Source: Paraspadella gotoi
Lineage: Eukaryota > Animalia > Chaetognatha
NCBI GenBank assembly: GCA_051294375.1
Contig: CM119268.1
Location: 13,523,761-13,587,760 of the forward strand
DNA: 64,000 nt
Reading direction: 5' to 3'
The notes under the pieces were generated by a model. It saw only the letters and a program-made list of their open reading frames with translations, searched no databases and was not told the DNA's origin. Positions 61,623 to 64,000 of the stretch are shown piece after piece. Every line of letters begins with the position of its first letter. The stretch's first letter is position 1. The translations under genes and the position numbers were made by a program.

Positions 61623-62228
61623 ATGAGACGAAACAATGAAGAAAACCAATCGCCGCAAGCGCAAGCCTCCAACTCTCGCCAACAAAATGAGGCACAAAAT
61701 GAGGCGGGCTTATCGTCGAACGCGGGACAAGATGAAGTGTCTGACGAGGAAAGAGCTCAAATCGAATTGGCAATGGCTTTGAGCTTGTCCGAATTGCAAC
61801 CCGTTAGAAATTCATCTTCGTGCAGAAGTTCTACCTCATTTTTATACAACTTGGAGGAAGATGAGGGGGAGGAGGATACAGCAGCGACGAGAGCGTCGAC
61901 GACAGCCTTCGCTCGAATCCGCAGCCGCTCAACCGAGAGCATAGTGAGGAACTTGTACGAAGCCAACAGAATCCACTTGGGTACCCAGTCGTCCGGTCAG
62001 CTGCAGAGATCCCGGAGTTTGATGGAGATTCGCTCCACCAACGACCGGATAGAAAATTTATACAGGGCCAATGATATCTTCGTCGGGAACCTGCAGACGC
62101 CCGTTAGGAGGAGAAACAGAATGAGACGGAGTTGGAGTACGATTGTCAAAAGGAGGCGTCGGAGTGCATCGGCAAGGGAAGAACATCAAATAGAGGAAGC
62201 GGAGAAGGGAGGCGAAAATGCTGAATGA
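61623..62228 (+). CDS. Intronless orphan ORF (201 aa) with a ubiquitin-interacting motif
   Basis: Stop-free, non-microsatellite ORF, more GC-rich than its flanks. DEERAQIELAMALSLSE fits the UIM consensus. It has a duplicated motif (RSTESIVRNLYEANRIHLG / RSTNDRIENLYRANDIFVG) and an Arg-rich tail. CCAAT boxes lie upstream (~61132, ~61166, ~61359). Confidence 0.55.
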   Translation: MRRNNEENQSPQAQASNSRQQNEAQNEAGLSSNAGQDEVSDEERAQIELAMALSLSELQPVRNSSSCRSSTSFLYNLEEDEGEEDTAATRASTTAFARIRSRSTESIVRNLYEANRIHLGTQSSGQLQRSRSLMEIRSTNDRIENLYRANDIFVGNLQTPVRRRNRMRRSWSTIVKRRRRSASAREEHQIEEAEKGGENAE

Positions 62229-62348
62229 TAACAAAGTAGAATAAACTTTGGAAAAACTCTCGTTGATTTTCACAAATATTATTATATTAATTTACGTTAT
62301 GATTTTACTGTATATATTTAAGCCATGAGCGATGGCCATAACTTGACT

Positions 62349-62558
62349 TTTATGGCAACGGAGGGACATGTGTGATGCCTGGGGTGTGAGGCATCTACCG
62401 ACAGCTGGCGCTCAGGGCTTTGGACCTGCAGTGACCACCCCTTGTCACTGGCGTGTTTATGCCGACACCATCACACTTTAACCAACGTGACCGTGAGGGG
62501 ATTGAACCCGGAACTCACGCTTGGTGAACGAGTACTTAGCTGTCCAAACCAATGGGAC
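62349..62558 (-). mobile_element. tRNA-derived SINE (different family)
   Basis: Minus strand reads GTCCCATTGGTTTGGACAGCTAAG...GTTCCGGGTTCAATCCCC (B-box GGTTCAATCCC), then a ~140-nt body ending in ATAAAA. Confidence 0.55.
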
Positions 62559-62649
62559 AAATAAAAACTATCGTTGTTGCCAAAACAAAATTCGTTTTTT
62601 CTTCTACATTTTTTGTTTTAAATTCCTCGTAACATTATTTAATTAACTG

Positions 62650-62735
62650 TTTTGTGTACGAGTTGATCCATACATCGAATTCAATTTGATTTTGATCAAA
62701 TTGAATTCGATGTATGCATCAACTCGTACACAAAA
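62650..62735. repeat. Near-perfect hairpin with 41-bp arms and a 4-nt loop
   Basis: TTTTGTGTACGAGTTGATCCATACATCGAATTCAATTTGAT-TTTG-ATCAAATTGAATTCGATGTATGCATCAACTCGTACACAAAA, with one mismatch. Confidence 0.9.
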
Positions 62736-62803
62736 AATCCAGTTTAGAAATTTAGAACCAACTTACATCCTGAAAAACGCTGCTTTCTCCATACATAAGT
62801 AAT

Positions 62804-63253
62804 ATGTCCTCGAATATGCCTGTGGATACGTCGCTGATGGAGGTGGATCAACCTTCAAATGAGCCGAACACGNNNNNNNNNNNNNNNNNNNNNNNNNNNN
62901 NNNNNNNNNNNNNNNNNNNNNNNNNNNNNNNNNNNNNNNNNNNNNNNNNNNNNNNNNNNNNNNNNNNNNNNNNNNNNNNNNNNNNNNNNNNNNNNNNNNN
63001 NNNNNNNNNNNNNNNNNNNNNNNNNNNNNNNNNNNNNNNNNNNNNNNNNNNNNNNNNNNNNNNNNNNNNNNNNNNNNNNNNNNNNNNNNNNNNNNNNNNN
63101 NNNNNNNNNNNNNNNNNNNNNNNNNNNNNNNNNNNNNNATCCTCCGGGGAATTTGCCGAGGACCTCGGAGAACGTGCGTATCGAAGAACACCTTGAGAGA
63201 GCCAAAATTACGAACGAATACTCGGGAGAACACATCCTAATTGGCAAAACTGG
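62804..63253 (+). CDS. Possible first exon of an unidentified gene, interrupted by a gap
   Basis: ATG 62804 gives MSSNMPVDTSLMEVDQPSNEPNT, then an N-gap, then PPGNLPRTSENVRIEEHLERAKITNEYSGEHILIGKT ending at a GTAAGT donor. The frame across the gap cannot be verified. Confidence 0.3.
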
Positions 63254-64000
63254 GTAAGTCGAGATGTTAAAACGCTTTCATTAATTGTTTTTAGATTTTT
63301 TTGTGCAATTTTTTTAAATTTTCGTGGAAAGTGAAAACTTTTTTCTTGCTTTAATAGCTTTTTGATCAATTGAGTTCACAAAGTAAATTTTTTGTATCCT
63401 CCTTATTTAAACTTTATTTATTTACGTACCTGTTGATAATTATGTTTTTATACTTTCCTTTTTATTTTTCTTTTCAAAAAAGGAAATAATTAGGTTCGAC
63501 TTATGCCACAAAGCGTTTTGGGATCACGAGGTTGCAAAATTACGACCATTGCTTTTCCACAACAAAAAAAGACATTTTTGTATGAATTTGTTGAATTTTT
63601 GTTTGGATTAAAGTTTGGGATAAATCTTTATTTGTCAGTGCCTGCCAACTTAACCATAGAATTTCTCGAAGTATTATGTAATGTTTTAATGTCATCGCAA
63701 GCACAATAGATTTGATAATATAAATACATATTTTCATTATGGAGAAAACAGGTACATTTAACAAAAACTTTTTTCCCAATTATTTCGACACTGTTAAAGA
63801 GACATCACATGCACAGGAGATAGTATAAGGCAATTCGTAGTCGGATTTACAAGTGCATTTTTATTTTTATTTTCCAATATTTCGATTCTAATGGACGAAT
63901 CATTTTTCAAGGCATTAGTCATCATCAGTGGATAAATAGAAAAATGGAAGACTTTGACAATTTTTTTCATCTTTTTTAAAGAGTTTAGAACTATAGTACA

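Noticed and set aside
63139-63253. HLERAKITNEYSGEHILI as a PIF1/Helitron helicase C-terminal fragment
   Set aside because: The resemblance is too short, and no helicase motifs are nearby.

Overview
AT-rich, (AG/CT)n-microsatellite-dense eukaryotic DNA from an invertebrate-like animal, in a gapped draft assembly with noisy gap fills. Three spliced genes can be rebuilt by hand. (1) The 3' two-thirds of DNAI4/WDR78, an axonemal dynein intermediate chain, on + at 4118-11310. (2) A large minus-strand gene (firm exons 28014-12977, tentative 5' exons up to 59534) carrying the motifs YRAIWNLRATLE, LQQMKTDSG|x-K-S-M-E and RDYSIDEKTDALFQEF, which match my recollection of mammalian CBARP/BARP, a Cav-beta regulator. 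(3) LRRC20 on + at 40304-45589, probably nested antisense in a CBARP-like intron. Mobile DNA includes a 2.05-kb foldback element with ~0.89-kb inverted repeats and an exact 8-bp TSD, a ~3-kb Helentron/HINE-like element seen in both filled and empty states upstream of LRRC20, a short HINE and two tRNA-derived SINEs. There is also an intronless orphan ORF with a ubiquitin-interacting motif and an 86-bp near-perfect hairpin. The ~10-kb palindrome, the 5.2-kb exact duplication and the 1.15-kb duplication each abut 25-N gaps and are best read as gap-filling artefacts. All protein identifications are from remembered motifs, not database searches.
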